Program-made: the position numbers and the translations under genes
The notes under the pieces: model-generated
The model's input: only the letters and a program-made list of their open reading frames with translations
What the model was told of the DNA's origin: nothing
Database searches by the model: none
In this document: piece after piece, positions 29,154 to 38,065 of the stretch
Numbering within the stretch: position 1 is the stretch's first letter
Layout of the letters: every line of letters starts with the position of its first letter
From: Minisyncoccota bacterium
GTDB taxonomy: Bacteria; Patescibacteriota; Minisyncoccia; UBA6257; GWB1-50-10
DNA length: 64,000 nucleotides
Direction of reading: 5' to 3'
Assembly (NCBI GenBank): GCA_020059915.1
Contig: JAGVBB010000004.1
Span: 2,910-66,909, forward strand

Positions 29154-29251
29154 AATGCAAAAATGAAGTTCAAAATTCAAAAGCTTTTATCTTCTCCATC
29201 TCATACCTTTGAGTTTCAATTTTGAGATTTGCGTTTTGATTTTTTAGTTAA

Positions 29252-29282
29252 AATAAAACCGCATAAGCGGTTTTATTCTAGT
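29252..29282 (-). terminator. Intrinsic terminator of ndk
   Basis: AAAATAAAACCGCATAAGCGGTTTTATTC overlapping the ndk stop. Confidence 0.6.
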
Positions 29283-29866
29283 ATTCCATCCAAGTTCACA
29301 TCATAAAGAATTTTTTCATTAAGATGAGTGTACTTCACTATTTCCTCCTCCTTAAACCATACCTTAATTTCTCGTTCCGCCTCTTCCACCATATCGGAAC
29401 AATGAATTAAATTTCTTACACATCGTCCATCAAACCCAGCAAGGGCATATGAATCAATAGTATAATCACTTCGGATGGTTCCTACGTCTGAAGTAAGCGG
29501 TTCCGTTCCTCCAACCTGTTTTTTTACAATTTCTACTGCCCTATTTCCTTGGAATATCATCGCAAGCACGGGACTTGCAGTTAAGAATTTTACATTCCCC
29601 TCAAGAATATCTTTCCCATATTCAATCTCGCTTTTTTCAATCGGAAGACCTTTCTCTTTTCTTTCGTTTAAATTTCTCGTCCCAACTTTTAAAAACCATG
29701 CCTCATCTTTGTTGTAATGTGCAAGACTTTGTTCGCGCGTAGGAATAAGAAATTTTGCTGCGACCATCTTGAGCCCCGTTCGTTCAATCCGATGAATAAG
29801 TTCACCCATCAAACTTCTCTGTACCGCATCTGGTTTTAATATGACAAATGTTCGTTCGTTTTTCAT
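29273..29866 (-). CDS. ndk: Nucleoside diphosphate kinase with C-terminal extension
   Basis: FVILKPDAVQR and NRAVEIV motifs. About 50 extra C-terminal residues. Confidence 0.85.
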   Translation of the reverse strand: MKNERTFVILKPDAVQRSLMGELIHRIERTGLKMVAAKFLIPTREQSLAHYNKDEAWFLKVGTRNLNERKEKGLPIEKSEIEYGKDILEGNVKFLTASPVLAMIFQGNRAVEIVKKQVGGTEPLTSDVGTIRSDYTIDSYALAGFDGRCVRNLIHCSDMVEEAEREIKVWFKEEEIVKYTHLNEKILYDVNLDGILE

Positions 29867-29975
29867 AATTTACTTAGGCAGTATATCTTTTTCTTGTAAA
29901 AAAGTGAAGTAATAAATACAAAAAATCCGTATTCCTACGGATTTTTCCTATACCTTATTCACTAAACCCTAATTG

Positions 29976-31442
29976 CTATTTTTGTGGTTTCTTTTTTATT
30001 TCTAGCCGTAACTCGCGTAATTGTTCCATGGAAACCTCTGAAGGCGCATTCATCATCAGGTCACTTCCATCCCCCGTCTTTGGAAACGCAATGACTTCAC
30101 GGATATTTGGTTCGTTTTCTAAGATCATCATCACTCGATCCATTCCCCATGCAATTCCTCCATGTGGCGGAGCCCCAAAATCAAAGGCTTCAAGCATATG
30201 TCCAAAATTCTTGAGAATCCTCTCTTCCTCAAATCCCATTATTTTAAATACAGATTTTAATGCTTCTGCTTGATGATTGCGAATACTTCCTCCGCCAATC
30301 TCCCAACCATTGAGCACTATGTCATATTGAGTAGTAAGAATATCTCCAATATTTTTTCCTTCGAGCAAATCATTCATATATTCTGGTTTTGGTGCAGAAA
30401 ATGGATTGTGTGTGAAGGTCCAAACATCTTTAGATGTTTGTCCTGAGCTTGTCGAAGGACTCACCCCTCGACCCTGCTCGGGGTTTCGCTCGTCTTTGAC
30501 TCGCTCAAAAAATGGAAAATCAATTACCCAACAGAAGGCAAGTAAATTTGGATCGTCTTTATCCTCACGTAAATCAGGTCTATCAGTCCCATATGTTTCT
30601 TGTGCTTCTTTATATGAAATCCTAGGAAAAGGAATTTGTTGAATTTTTTTCTCTGGATATAATTCGGTAACTAACTTTATTAACAGTGCTTCATTTACTG
30701 CCATTACATCCTCTCTATTCACAAAACTCATTTCCATATCAAGTTGTGTAAATTCTGGCTGACGATCTCCTCGGGTATCTTCATCTCTAAAACATCGTGC
30801 AAGCTGAAAATATCTATCAAACCCCGCAACCATACACAGTTGTTTGTACTGCTGTGGCGATTGTGGAAGCGCGTAAAACGTTCCTTCGTGAATACGTGAA
30901 GGCACCAAATAATCTCGTGCTCCTTCTGGAGTTGATTTAGTAAGTATTGGAGTTTCTACCTCTACAAAGTTCTCTCCAATAAGATAATTGCGAATCAATT
31001 GGAATACTTTTGTGCGATTACGAAAATTTTTCTGGAGACGTGGACGACGAACATCAATATATCGATATTTCATCCGCACCTCTTCACTCACATCACGTCC
31101 ATCAGCGTTAACCTCAAATGGTGGTGTCTTTGCCTCGTTTGATATGATCAACCCCGTTGCAAGTATTTCATATGCACCAGATATAATTTTTTCATTAATC
31201 AACCCCTCAGGACGTTTTTGAACAGTTCCGATAAGTTCAATGACCCACTCAGAACGTAACGCACTTGCCACTTCATGCAACTCCTTATTGTTTGGTAAAA
31301 ACACAACCTGTGCAGGTCCCGTCCAATCGCGGACATCAATGAAGATTAATTTCCCATGATCGCGACGAACATCAACCCATCCTTTGATGGTAATTTCTTC
31401 CCCGACGTGTGCACCAATATCTTTAATAAGTGTTCGTTCCAT
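29976..31442 (-). CDS. aspS: Aspartyl-tRNA synthetase, short form, with a roughly 20-aa GC-rich insertion
   Basis: N-terminal OB fold (MERTLIKDIGAHVGEEITIKGWV) and class II motifs (FRDED, GGGSIR, GMDR). The start is taken at MERTL. The track ORF extends 45 codons upstream, through an intergenic hairpin. Confidence 0.85.
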   Translation of the reverse strand: MERTLIKDIGAHVGEEITIKGWVDVRRDHGKLIFIDVRDWTGPAQVVFLPNNKELHEVASALRSEWVIELIGTVQKRPEGLINEKIISGAYEILATGLIISNEAKTPPFEVNADGRDVSEEVRMKYRYIDVRRPRLQKNFRNRTKVFQLIRNYLIGENFVEVETPILTKSTPEGARDYLVPSRIHEGTFYALPQSPQQYKQLCMVAGFDRYFQLARCFRDEDTRGDRQPEFTQLDMEMSFVNREDVMAVNEALLIKLVTELYPEKKIQQIPFPRISYKEAQETYGTDRPDLREDKDDPNLLAFCWVIDFPFFERVKDERNPEQGRGVSPSTSSGQTSKDVWTFTHNPFSAPKPEYMNDLLEGKNIGDILTTQYDIVLNGWEIGGGSIRNHQAEALKSVFKIMGFEEERILKNFGHMLEAFDFGAPPHGGIAWGMDRVMMILENEPNIREVIAFPKTGDGSDLMMNAPSEVSMEQLRELRLEIKKKPQK

Positions 31443-31583
31443 ATCAAGTTCAGAATACCAATTTACATTATAAAAATCAAAACACGTTTCTCTACTCAAC
31501 TGATTGAGGTCCGACCTACCTACCGGCAGGCAGGCCTCAATCAGTTGTTTAAAAATTTTGAGATTTGATTTTTGCACTTTGAT

Positions 31584-32465
31584 CTATCGTTCTTTGTAAA
31601 TATCTACTTTTCCATTTCCCAACAACTCAATTGTTACTATTCCATTCTGATCGGTGCGAAATACGCGCGCGCCAATATCTGAAAGTCGAGAAAGTACCTC
31701 TGGTGTTGGATGTCCATATGAATTTTTTCCAACTTCAATTACTGCAATACTTGGTTTCACCATAGTAAGAAAAGAAACCGCAGAGGAATATTTTGATCCG
31801 TGATGTCCCACCTTCAAAACATCTGCTGATACAGTATCTAACTTCTGGAGAAATCGTTCGCCTCGACTTCCAATATCCCCAACAAATAAGGCGCTTATTC
31901 CCCCATCCAAAAAACGCAACACTAACGAACTATCATTTGTTTCTTTTGTATTCTTCAATACATCATCAGGAGCAAGAACATCGAAACGCGAATCATTAAT
32001 ACGGACCTTGTCATATTGGGTAAGCATAATAAGTTGCACATGTTTTTCTTTTGCTTTTCGTTCAATATCTTTCCACATACCACTTGAGGTTTCTCGCCCA
32101 GAATATAAAATGGCGCCAACTTTGTACGTATCAAGAATAATCGGAATGCCACCTATATGATCTGCCTCTGGGTGCGACACAAATAACAAATCAATGGACC
32201 CAGTACCAGGGGGAAGAACGCGAGATAATGAATCCAAAATTAATCCATGGGAAGCTCCCGAATCAATAAGTGCACGAACTCCTGACTCTAATGAAATAAG
32301 TTCTGCATCACCCTGTCCAACATCAAGAAAATGTATAGTACTCTTTCTTCCGTCTTCATTAAAAAAAGAAAGTAGTAAAATACCATCAGCAAGAAAAAGT
32401 AAAAATAAAAAAACAATACATTGTCTTTTATGGTTCTCTAAGAATGAGAATACGATTTCGTGCAT
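31584..32465 (-). CDS. ComEC/Rec2 C-terminal metallo-beta-lactamase domain protein, with its own N-terminal transmembrane anchor
   Basis: HPEADHIGG and VGHHGS metallo-beta-lactamase motifs. It overlaps the upstream ComEC membrane ORF by 38 nt in a different frame. Confidence 0.7.
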   Translation of the reverse strand: MHEIVFSFLENHKRQCIVFLFLLFLADGILLLSFFNEDGRKSTIHFLDVGQGDAELISLESGVRALIDSGASHGLILDSLSRVLPPGTGSIDLLFVSHPEADHIGGIPIILDTYKVGAILYSGRETSSGMWKDIERKAKEKHVQLIMLTQYDKVRINDSRFDVLAPDDVLKNTKETNDSSLVLRFLDGGISALFVGDIGSRGERFLQKLDTVSADVLKVGHHGSKYSSAVSFLTMVKPSIAVIEVGKNSYGHPTPEVLSRLSDIGARVFRTDQNGIVTIELLGNGKVDIYKER

Positions 32466-33879
32466 CTCTTCTTTTTAAGTATATCGAAACAAATATAATG
32501 AGTACCGCATAATAGATAACAAAAAAGAATATGTGTGTGTTAAATTCAACAAACTCAACCATTCCAAACAATCGGATAACCCACAACTCAAATTTCAAAA
32601 ATATTCCAGCAAACAAAAGTGGTATGCTCGCGAGAAATGACGAAACAAAAGAAAGGAACGCTCCAAAAAATCCGAATGCCATGGTAATAGGAACAAATTC
32701 AAGAAGAATAACACTCGAAATAACACCAACAACTGATATCACACCAAATTGCAACGCAATGATGGGAAGCGTGGCCAATTGGGCAGAGAAAGAATCAATA
32801 AGCACTTTTAAAACTTTGTGTTTTTCAGAAATATGGAAAAACTCCATGAGTGCTGGCGAACAATATGCAATACCCAAAAATGCGGCAAAAGAAAGTTGGA
32901 ATCCAACATCAAATATAAGCACAAACGGATTGACGACAGTCATGGCAACCGCGGCAAGAATAACCGCCTGCCGAATATCAAATGATCTTCCCACCAGTCC
33001 AGCAATGATACTAATGGACCCCAATAGAGCAGCGCGCACCAATGAGCTTTCTGCACCAGCAAACAAAGAAAACAACACAATACAAAAACCAGTAAGCATA
33101 ATTGCATATCGTTTTTTCATTACATATGCGAAAACAAGCATAAGCACATTGATCACAATCATAATGTTATATCCAGAAAGCGCCACCAAATGCGTTGTTC
33201 CACTTTTTTTCATTGCAGTTTGAAGATCTTGTGGAAATTCACCCTTGGCACCGATGGTGAGTCCGGCAAGAAACACCGCCTCGTCACGAGGAAGTATTTT
33301 TTTGAATGTATATATGATCTGTTCACGCATAGAAAAGATTCCTTTTTTTATAAAGGACTCATCTCGTATAGAAAGTTTGGAAATTTTTGGATATGCAATG
33401 GTTCCATACACATGCTCCTTAAGAAAATACATTTTTTGCTTTTCTGTTGGAGGGGCCACCACCCCAGTACCGCGAACACAATCCCCATAAGAAATTGGTT
33501 CGCCAACCCGCATTTTTGCGTTAACCGCACCAACAAACGGGCTTTGTATCTGTAACTTCATTTCGTTTGAAACGCCGGAAGTTTTTACCTCACTAGAAAC
33601 ACATCCGGTGAATTCTATTGGTGTGTTATAAGGAACTGAAACAGAAACAAATCGCTCGTATCGAATACTAACAAATAAAAATCCAATAATAATACATAAA
33701 AAACAAATGCCAAGACTTCGAATCCATTTCTCTTGTGTTATATAGGCATGAACAAAACAGCCGATTGTACAAATAATCGTGCCACAGGTGACAAAAAAAG
33801 ACGGCACCCCCAAGAGTGCCGAAGATACACCTATTAAAAATGCACAACCCCCATAAAAACAGTAGTCGTGAGAACGCAT
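32428..33879 (-). CDS. comEC: ComEC/Rec2 DNA-uptake channel, N-terminal and competence membrane domains
   Basis: Polytopic membrane protein with a competence-domain signature (GTTHLVALSGYNIMIV, LVRAALLG). Confidence 0.7.
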   Translation of the reverse strand: MRSHDYCFYGGCAFLIGVSSALLGVPSFFVTCGTIICTIGCFVHAYITQEKWIRSLGICFLCIIIGFLFVSIRYERFVSVSVPYNTPIEFTGCVSSEVKTSGVSNEMKLQIQSPFVGAVNAKMRVGEPISYGDCVRGTGVVAPPTEKQKMYFLKEHVYGTIAYPKISKLSIRDESFIKKGIFSMREQIIYTFKKILPRDEAVFLAGLTIGAKGEFPQDLQTAMKKSGTTHLVALSGYNIMIVINVLMLVFAYVMKKRYAIMLTGFCIVLFSLFAGAESSLVRAALLGSISIIAGLVGRSFDIRQAVILAAVAMTVVNPFVLIFDVGFQLSFAAFLGIAYCSPALMEFFHISEKHKVLKVLIDSFSAQLATLPIIALQFGVISVVGVISSVILLEFVPITMAFGFFGAFLSFVSSFLASIPLLFAGIFLKFELWVIRLFGMVEFVEFNTHIFFFVIYYAVLIIFVSIYLKRRDARNRILILREP

Positions 33880-33885
33880 TGTTCT

Positions 33886-34467
33886 TTATTCACCAACTAC
33901 CTGGATATGCACCGATCCATCGCGTATCGAAAAATCTTTCCATTGAGCGTTTTCAACATGCAACCAATCATTCATTGTTTTCTTTTTGAGAATAAAATCC
34001 CCTACGCGTTCAACAAAAGATGCGGGAGTTCTGAAAATTCCATACCGCGCTGAATGAATAGATATCACTGGTTCGTTTTGTTCAATCGAAATTGATGCTT
34101 CTACCACTAAATTTCCTTTTATAGGTCGAAGGAGTCTTCCGGTAAATTCAACAACACCATCCTTTAATGTGACTGAAGCATTGTCCATAAACCAAGAAAT
34201 GTTTTTTGATGCAAGAATCCCCTCAATGAATCCGTTTAATTCTTCTTCTGTATACGTTGCATCAATAACAACACCTTCAGATAATGTTCCCCTCCCCAGC
34301 ATATTGATTGCCTCCCATTTTGTCGGGCGTAAATTCTCTTGGATAGACATCTGTGTCAAATCCTGTGCAAATACCCTTTTTGTCTTTGCCTCCGTAACAA
34401 GAACAGAGCCCGTCATACATAGGGCTAGAAAAACCAATATACCAAGCGGTTTTTGTATATTCCGCAT
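33886..34467 (-). CDS. Hypothetical secreted protein (signal peptide)
   Basis: Signal peptide-like N-terminus, no family recognised. Confidence 0.45.
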   Translation of the reverse strand: MRNIQKPLGILVFLALCMTGSVLVTEAKTKRVFAQDLTQMSIQENLRPTKWEAINMLGRGTLSEGVVIDATYTEEELNGFIEGILASKNISWFMDNASVTLKDGVVEFTGRLLRPIKGNLVVEASISIEQNEPVISIHSARYGIFRTPASFVERVGDFILKKKTMNDWLHVENAQWKDFSIRDGSVHIQVVGE

Positions 34468-34523
34468 AATTGTCTACCTATTATACACCAAAATAGGTCA
34501 AAACGCAAAAATAAAATTACAAT

Positions 34524-35780
34524 TTATAAAATAACTCCACCACCAAGCATCATGCCATTGTTATCATAAAAGACAGCCGACTGTCCTTCTGCAACAAATT
34601 TTTGCGGAGAATTAAAGTTCAACTTACAACTTACAACCAACGACCCACAACAAGAAAGAGAAAGAGTTGCATCAAAAAGCGGTTGGCGATATCGAACTCG
34701 CGCCCTTACGGGAAGTTCAACCGCATATTCCCCTTCATTTTTCAAAACTGATGTATCAATAACAACCCCAGTAAGATCAACTTCTTTTTTTGTAAGTGCA
34801 TCGTGTTCTCCACCTTCCGCAACATACAAGATATTATTTTTTATATCCTTCTTTGCAATATAAAATGGTTTTCTATTATTCTGTTCTCTTTTTTGTTTTA
34901 AGCTTTCTGCAATCTGCTGTCTGTTGTTGTTTGTTGTCGGTTGTCGGTTGTCGGTTGTAGGTTGTAGGTTGTTTGTTATCTGTTCTATATCAAAATGTCG
35001 CTGTCCTATAGTATAAAAGCGAACACCTTTATGGTATCCAACTAACTCTTCATCAACCGTTCGTACCTCACCACGCTCTTCTTTAATAAATGTGGTGAGA
35101 AAATCTTTCATATCCACCATTCCCAAAAAACAAACACCTTGGGAATCCTTTTTCTCTGCAGTGGGAAGTCCAATCTTTTTTGCAATTGCTCGCACCTCCG
35201 GTTTTGTAATATCTCCCAATGGAAATAACGAATGTTTTAATTGCTCCTGCGTGAGCGTCCACAAAAAATACGACTGATCCTTATTTTTATCCTCCGCTAT
35301 TTGTAGAGAAAAATGAGGTAAGGTTTGATATTCTTGTGAAGAGTAAGACTTGGGCGTCGCCCCGGAGACACTCTGAACAGGAATATCAAATCTTACCGAC
35401 CGAACGTAATGTCCCGTCGCCACATAATCAGCACCAAGCTTTAATGCTCGCTCCAAAAATAAACCGAACTTAATTTCTTTGTTACACATCACATCAGGAT
35501 TTGGGGTGAGTCCTGCTTTGTATCCCTCAATCATATAGTCCACCACACGTCGCTTATATTCTTCTTCGAAATCAAATACATAAAACGGAATGTTCAAATG
35601 CTCCGCAACACGCCGCGCATCTTCCGCATCACGCTCTGCACATCCATCAATGTTATAACAGCGCAAAAAAACACCCACGACATCATAGCCCTGTTCTTTT
35701 AATAAATATGCAGCCACCGAGGAATCAACGCCCCCCGAAAGCCCCACAAATACTCTCTTTTTGTGTGTTTTTTCTAACAT
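34524..35780 (-). CDS. mnmA: tRNA-specific 2-thiouridylase MnmA, with a low-complexity insertion encoded by a heptanucleotide repeat
   Basis: PP-loop VFVGLSGGVDSSV and a conserved Cys pair. 418 aa, compared with about 370 aa for typical MnmA. Confidence 0.85.
   Translation of the reverse strand: MLEKTHKKRVFVGLSGGVDSSVAAYLLKEQGYDVVGVFLRCYNIDGCAERDAEDARRVAEHLNIPFYVFDFEEEYKRRVVDYMIEGYKAGLTPNPDVMCNKEIKFGLFLERALKLGADYVATGHYVRSVRFDIPVQSVSGATPKSYSSQEYQTLPHFSLQIAEDKNKDQSYFLWTLTQEQLKHSLFPLGDITKPEVRAIAKKIGLPTAEKKDSQGVCFLGMVDMKDFLTTFIKEERGEVRTVDEELVGYHKGVRFYTIGQRHFDIEQITNNLQPTTDNRQPTTNNNRQQIAESLKQKREQNNRKPFYIAKKDIKNNILYVAEGGEHDALTKKEVDLTGVVIDTSVLKNEGEYAVELPVRARVRYRQPLFDATLSLSCCGSLVVSCKLNFNSPQKFVAEGQSAVFYDNNGMMLGGGVIL
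34920..34976. repeat. Heptanucleotide microsatellite (TTGTCGG/TTGTAGG/TTGTTTG, about 8 units) inside mnmA
   Basis: TTGTTTG TTGTCGG x3 TTGTAGG x2 TTGTTTG. Encodes ...QPTTDNRQPTTNNNRQQ... Confidence 0.9.
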
Positions 35781-35840
35781 TGACTTTTTTCCTATTTAGG
35801 TGTATAATACTATCACACAATCTTTAATAATAAAAGAGGT

Positions 35841-36239
35841 TTGAATATGAAAAAGGCATTATTAATTGTTCTTCTCGTAATTATTGGTCTAACAGTTTAC
35901 TTCAATATTGGTACCTATTACTACGAAACACAATATAATGTAGTCATAGGAAATGAATATCCATCTTACGCCGACGAATTTCTTGTAATTGGAGAAGGTT
36001 GGTGGCTAATAGAAGGTAATATCGAAAAAAACAACGGAGGTAAAAATATTCAAGAAATTGAAATTGCAATTATATTGTTATGGCCAATAATAACAATAAT
36101 ATCACTTGGAACTTGGTTGGTTTGGCTTATATTTGGAGGTGGATTGCTCGACCTTGTTGGAATAGAATTTCTTGTTCCTATAACAATAATCTTTTTCGGC
36201 GCTCTTACCTATTATCTTATACACAGGAAGAAAAAATAA
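35841..36239 (+). CDS. Hypothetical membrane protein
   Basis: Three hydrophobic segments. Followed by a terminator at 36250-36282 (ATCCCGCC-TTAG-GCGGGAT plus a T-run). Confidence 0.45.
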   Translation: MNMKKALLIVLLVIIGLTVYFNIGTYYYETQYNVVIGNEYPSYADEFLVIGEGWWLIEGNIEKNNGGKNIQEIEIAIILLWPIITIISLGTWLVWLIFGGGLLDLVGIEFLVPITIIFFGALTYYLIHRKKK

Positions 36240-36249
36240 TTTCTATCTT

Positions 36250-36282
36250 TATAATATCCCGCCTTAGGCGGGATTTTTTATA
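36250..36282 (+). terminator. Intrinsic terminator
   Basis: ATCCCGCCTTAGGCGGGATTTTTTAT. Confidence 0.65.
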
Positions 36283-36414
36283 TAAAAATTGCAAAAAAAT
36301 GCAAAATCCCCTAAAATGTGAACGTCGTAATAATATATATTTGGCGTTAGATGTTTGATATACATCAAACATCTGTCGCTAAAATCTAATAACTAAACCC
36401 TAATCTCTATTCAT

Positions 36415-36996
36415 ATGGCACAACTTGAATACAATGAACTTAAAGTCGGCACCATTTTCACAAAAAATGACGATCCAAACCCATATCAGGTGTTGGAATA
36501 TGCATTCATCCGAATGCAACAGAGAAAACCGGTAACCCAGCTTAAAATCAAAAATCTTTTAACAGGGAAAAATCAGGACTATACCGCACACCAAAACGAG
36601 GACTTTCGCGAGGCAGAAATTGAAATGATGCCTGTAACATTCCTCTATCACAGCAAGGACCAATACTGGTTCAATGAAACAGGGAATCCAAAAAACCGCT
36701 TCTTCTTAACCGACGCAGTGGTAGAAAATATGGGATCATTTCTCAAACCAAACTTGGAGGTAAAAGCATATAAATTTGGAGATACATTTATCAATATTGA
36801 ACTTCCGGTGAAAATGGAATTTAAGGTGACCGAGGCAGCCCCCGCAGTTCGAGGAAATACCGCACAGGGCGGCGACAAGATGGTGATATTGGAAACCGGC
36901 GCAAAACTTACTGTCCCCATGTTTATTAATGAAGGAGACATCGTCCGAGTAAATACACAAACGGGCGCATACGTGGAACGCGTTGAGAAGGCATAG
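36415..36996 (+). CDS. efp: Elongation factor P
   Basis: Three-domain EF-P length. KOW-like N-terminus (ELKVGTIF) and conserved C-terminal OB domains. Confidence 0.8.
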   Translation: MAQLEYNELKVGTIFTKNDDPNPYQVLEYAFIRMQQRKPVTQLKIKNLLTGKNQDYTAHQNEDFREAEIEMMPVTFLYHSKDQYWFNETGNPKNRFFLTDAVVENMGSFLKPNLEVKAYKFGDTFINIELPVKMEFKVTEAAPAVRGNTAQGGDKMVILETGAKLTVPMFINEGDIVRVNTQTGAYVERVEKA

Positions 36997-37057
36997 TAAT
37001 AGATACTTAGACTTTAGAAATTAGATATTAGAAGTTACATACAATATAAACATTTTA

Positions 37058-37095
37058 AAAATCCCCGTCTGCCTTCGGCATAACGGGGTTTTTGT
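37058..37095. terminator. Bidirectional terminator between convergent efp and the 37095-40000 operon
   Basis: AAAATCCCCGTCTGCCTTCGGCATAACGGGGTTTTTGTT. Confidence 0.65.
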
Positions 37096-37553
37096 TATTT
37101 TACTCGTGACTCATAATCAAGCTTTTCAATTTCTTTTGTATATACAGCTATCTGTTTAAACGCATCAACCTGGTACACAGAGAAATTTACTTTGATTTCA
37201 TCATTAATAGGACTGTCATTTAAAAAATTTAATAATAAATGTTCTAATCCTGAATTTAAAAATCTGAAATGATGATTATAATTTGGGAACTCCGGAATTG
37301 TTTCTTTCATTTCTTCATCCAAAGTAGTTTGTTTCCAAAGGATATCAAGAAAACCACGAATGTTTGTCCCCAAAAGAACAAGTCTTCTTCTGTCTGATGT
37401 TTCTTTTTCGCCATGATCCGCATAATAAGTAAGTTCAACCATAATTTTCATAGGAACTTTCTCATGGACAGCGCCCCCATCTAACTGTAGATGTGCACGG
37501 ATCATATGATCTAAAAGACTACTAATCAATCTGAAACTACTTCTTTGATTCAT
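37095..37553 (-). CDS. Hypothetical protein (152 aa), last gene of the ATPase operon
   Basis: Intact ORF overlapping the upstream ORF by 17 nt. No family recognised. Confidence 0.45.
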   Translation of the reverse strand: MNQRSSFRLISSLLDHMIRAHLQLDGGAVHEKVPMKIMVELTYYADHGEKETSDRRRLVLLGTNIRGFLDILWKQTTLDEEMKETIPEFPNYNHHFRFLNSGLEHLLLNFLNDSPINDEIKVNFSVYQVDAFKQIAVYTKEIEKLDYESRVK

Positions 37554-37986
37554 ATGTTTCCTCCTTTTGTTTCCTTTTAATCTTTACCCTATCAACGGAA
37601 AGCACATACTTTGATAAGTCGTTTGCTTCAATGTTATGAATTTTTATAGAGAAATCAATATCTTCTTTTATAAATTCCTGAGGCAACACAGAACCGATGA
37701 CAGAAGATATCTCTTCAACCTTCTTTAAAAGATGGAATTGGTTTGGTTGGGAAACAACTGCGCGAGAATTGAGCACCGCCATACCAGGATAGTCGTATGG
37801 AAATGTGAAAACTCGCTTTCTTGTTTCTCCATCAAACAAGAAAGACAAAATGGTAACAGCCTTATCAGAATTCTTCCGATCCTTAAAGGTCATGGTGAAA
37901 TCGAGATATTTAAACGGAGAATTTACCATATTCTCTATCTCACAAAAAAACATACCCATCAGTGATGCATAATCCTTTCGGTTCAT
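37537..37986 (-). CDS. Hypothetical protein (149 aa), middle gene of the ATPase operon
   Basis: Intact ORF about 80 nt downstream of the ATPase gene. No family recognised. Confidence 0.45.
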   Translation of the reverse strand: MNRKDYASLMGMFFCEIENMVNSPFKYLDFTMTFKDRKNSDKAVTILSFLFDGETRKRVFTFPYDYPGMAVLNSRAVVSQPNQFHLLKKVEEISSVIGSVLPQEFIKEDIDFSIKIHNIEANDLSKYVLSVDRVKIKRKQKEETYESKK

Positions 37987-38065
37987 AACATAATTCCTTA
38001 TATTTTTTATTTGAAATGTACAAAAATATTATATAAAAAATCAACAATTTTGTAAAGAGAGGTGA

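Noticed and set aside
32531-33223. 230-aa plus-strand ORF
   Set aside because: It is antisense to the ComEC membrane domain, whose hydrophobic-codon bias creates open antisense frames
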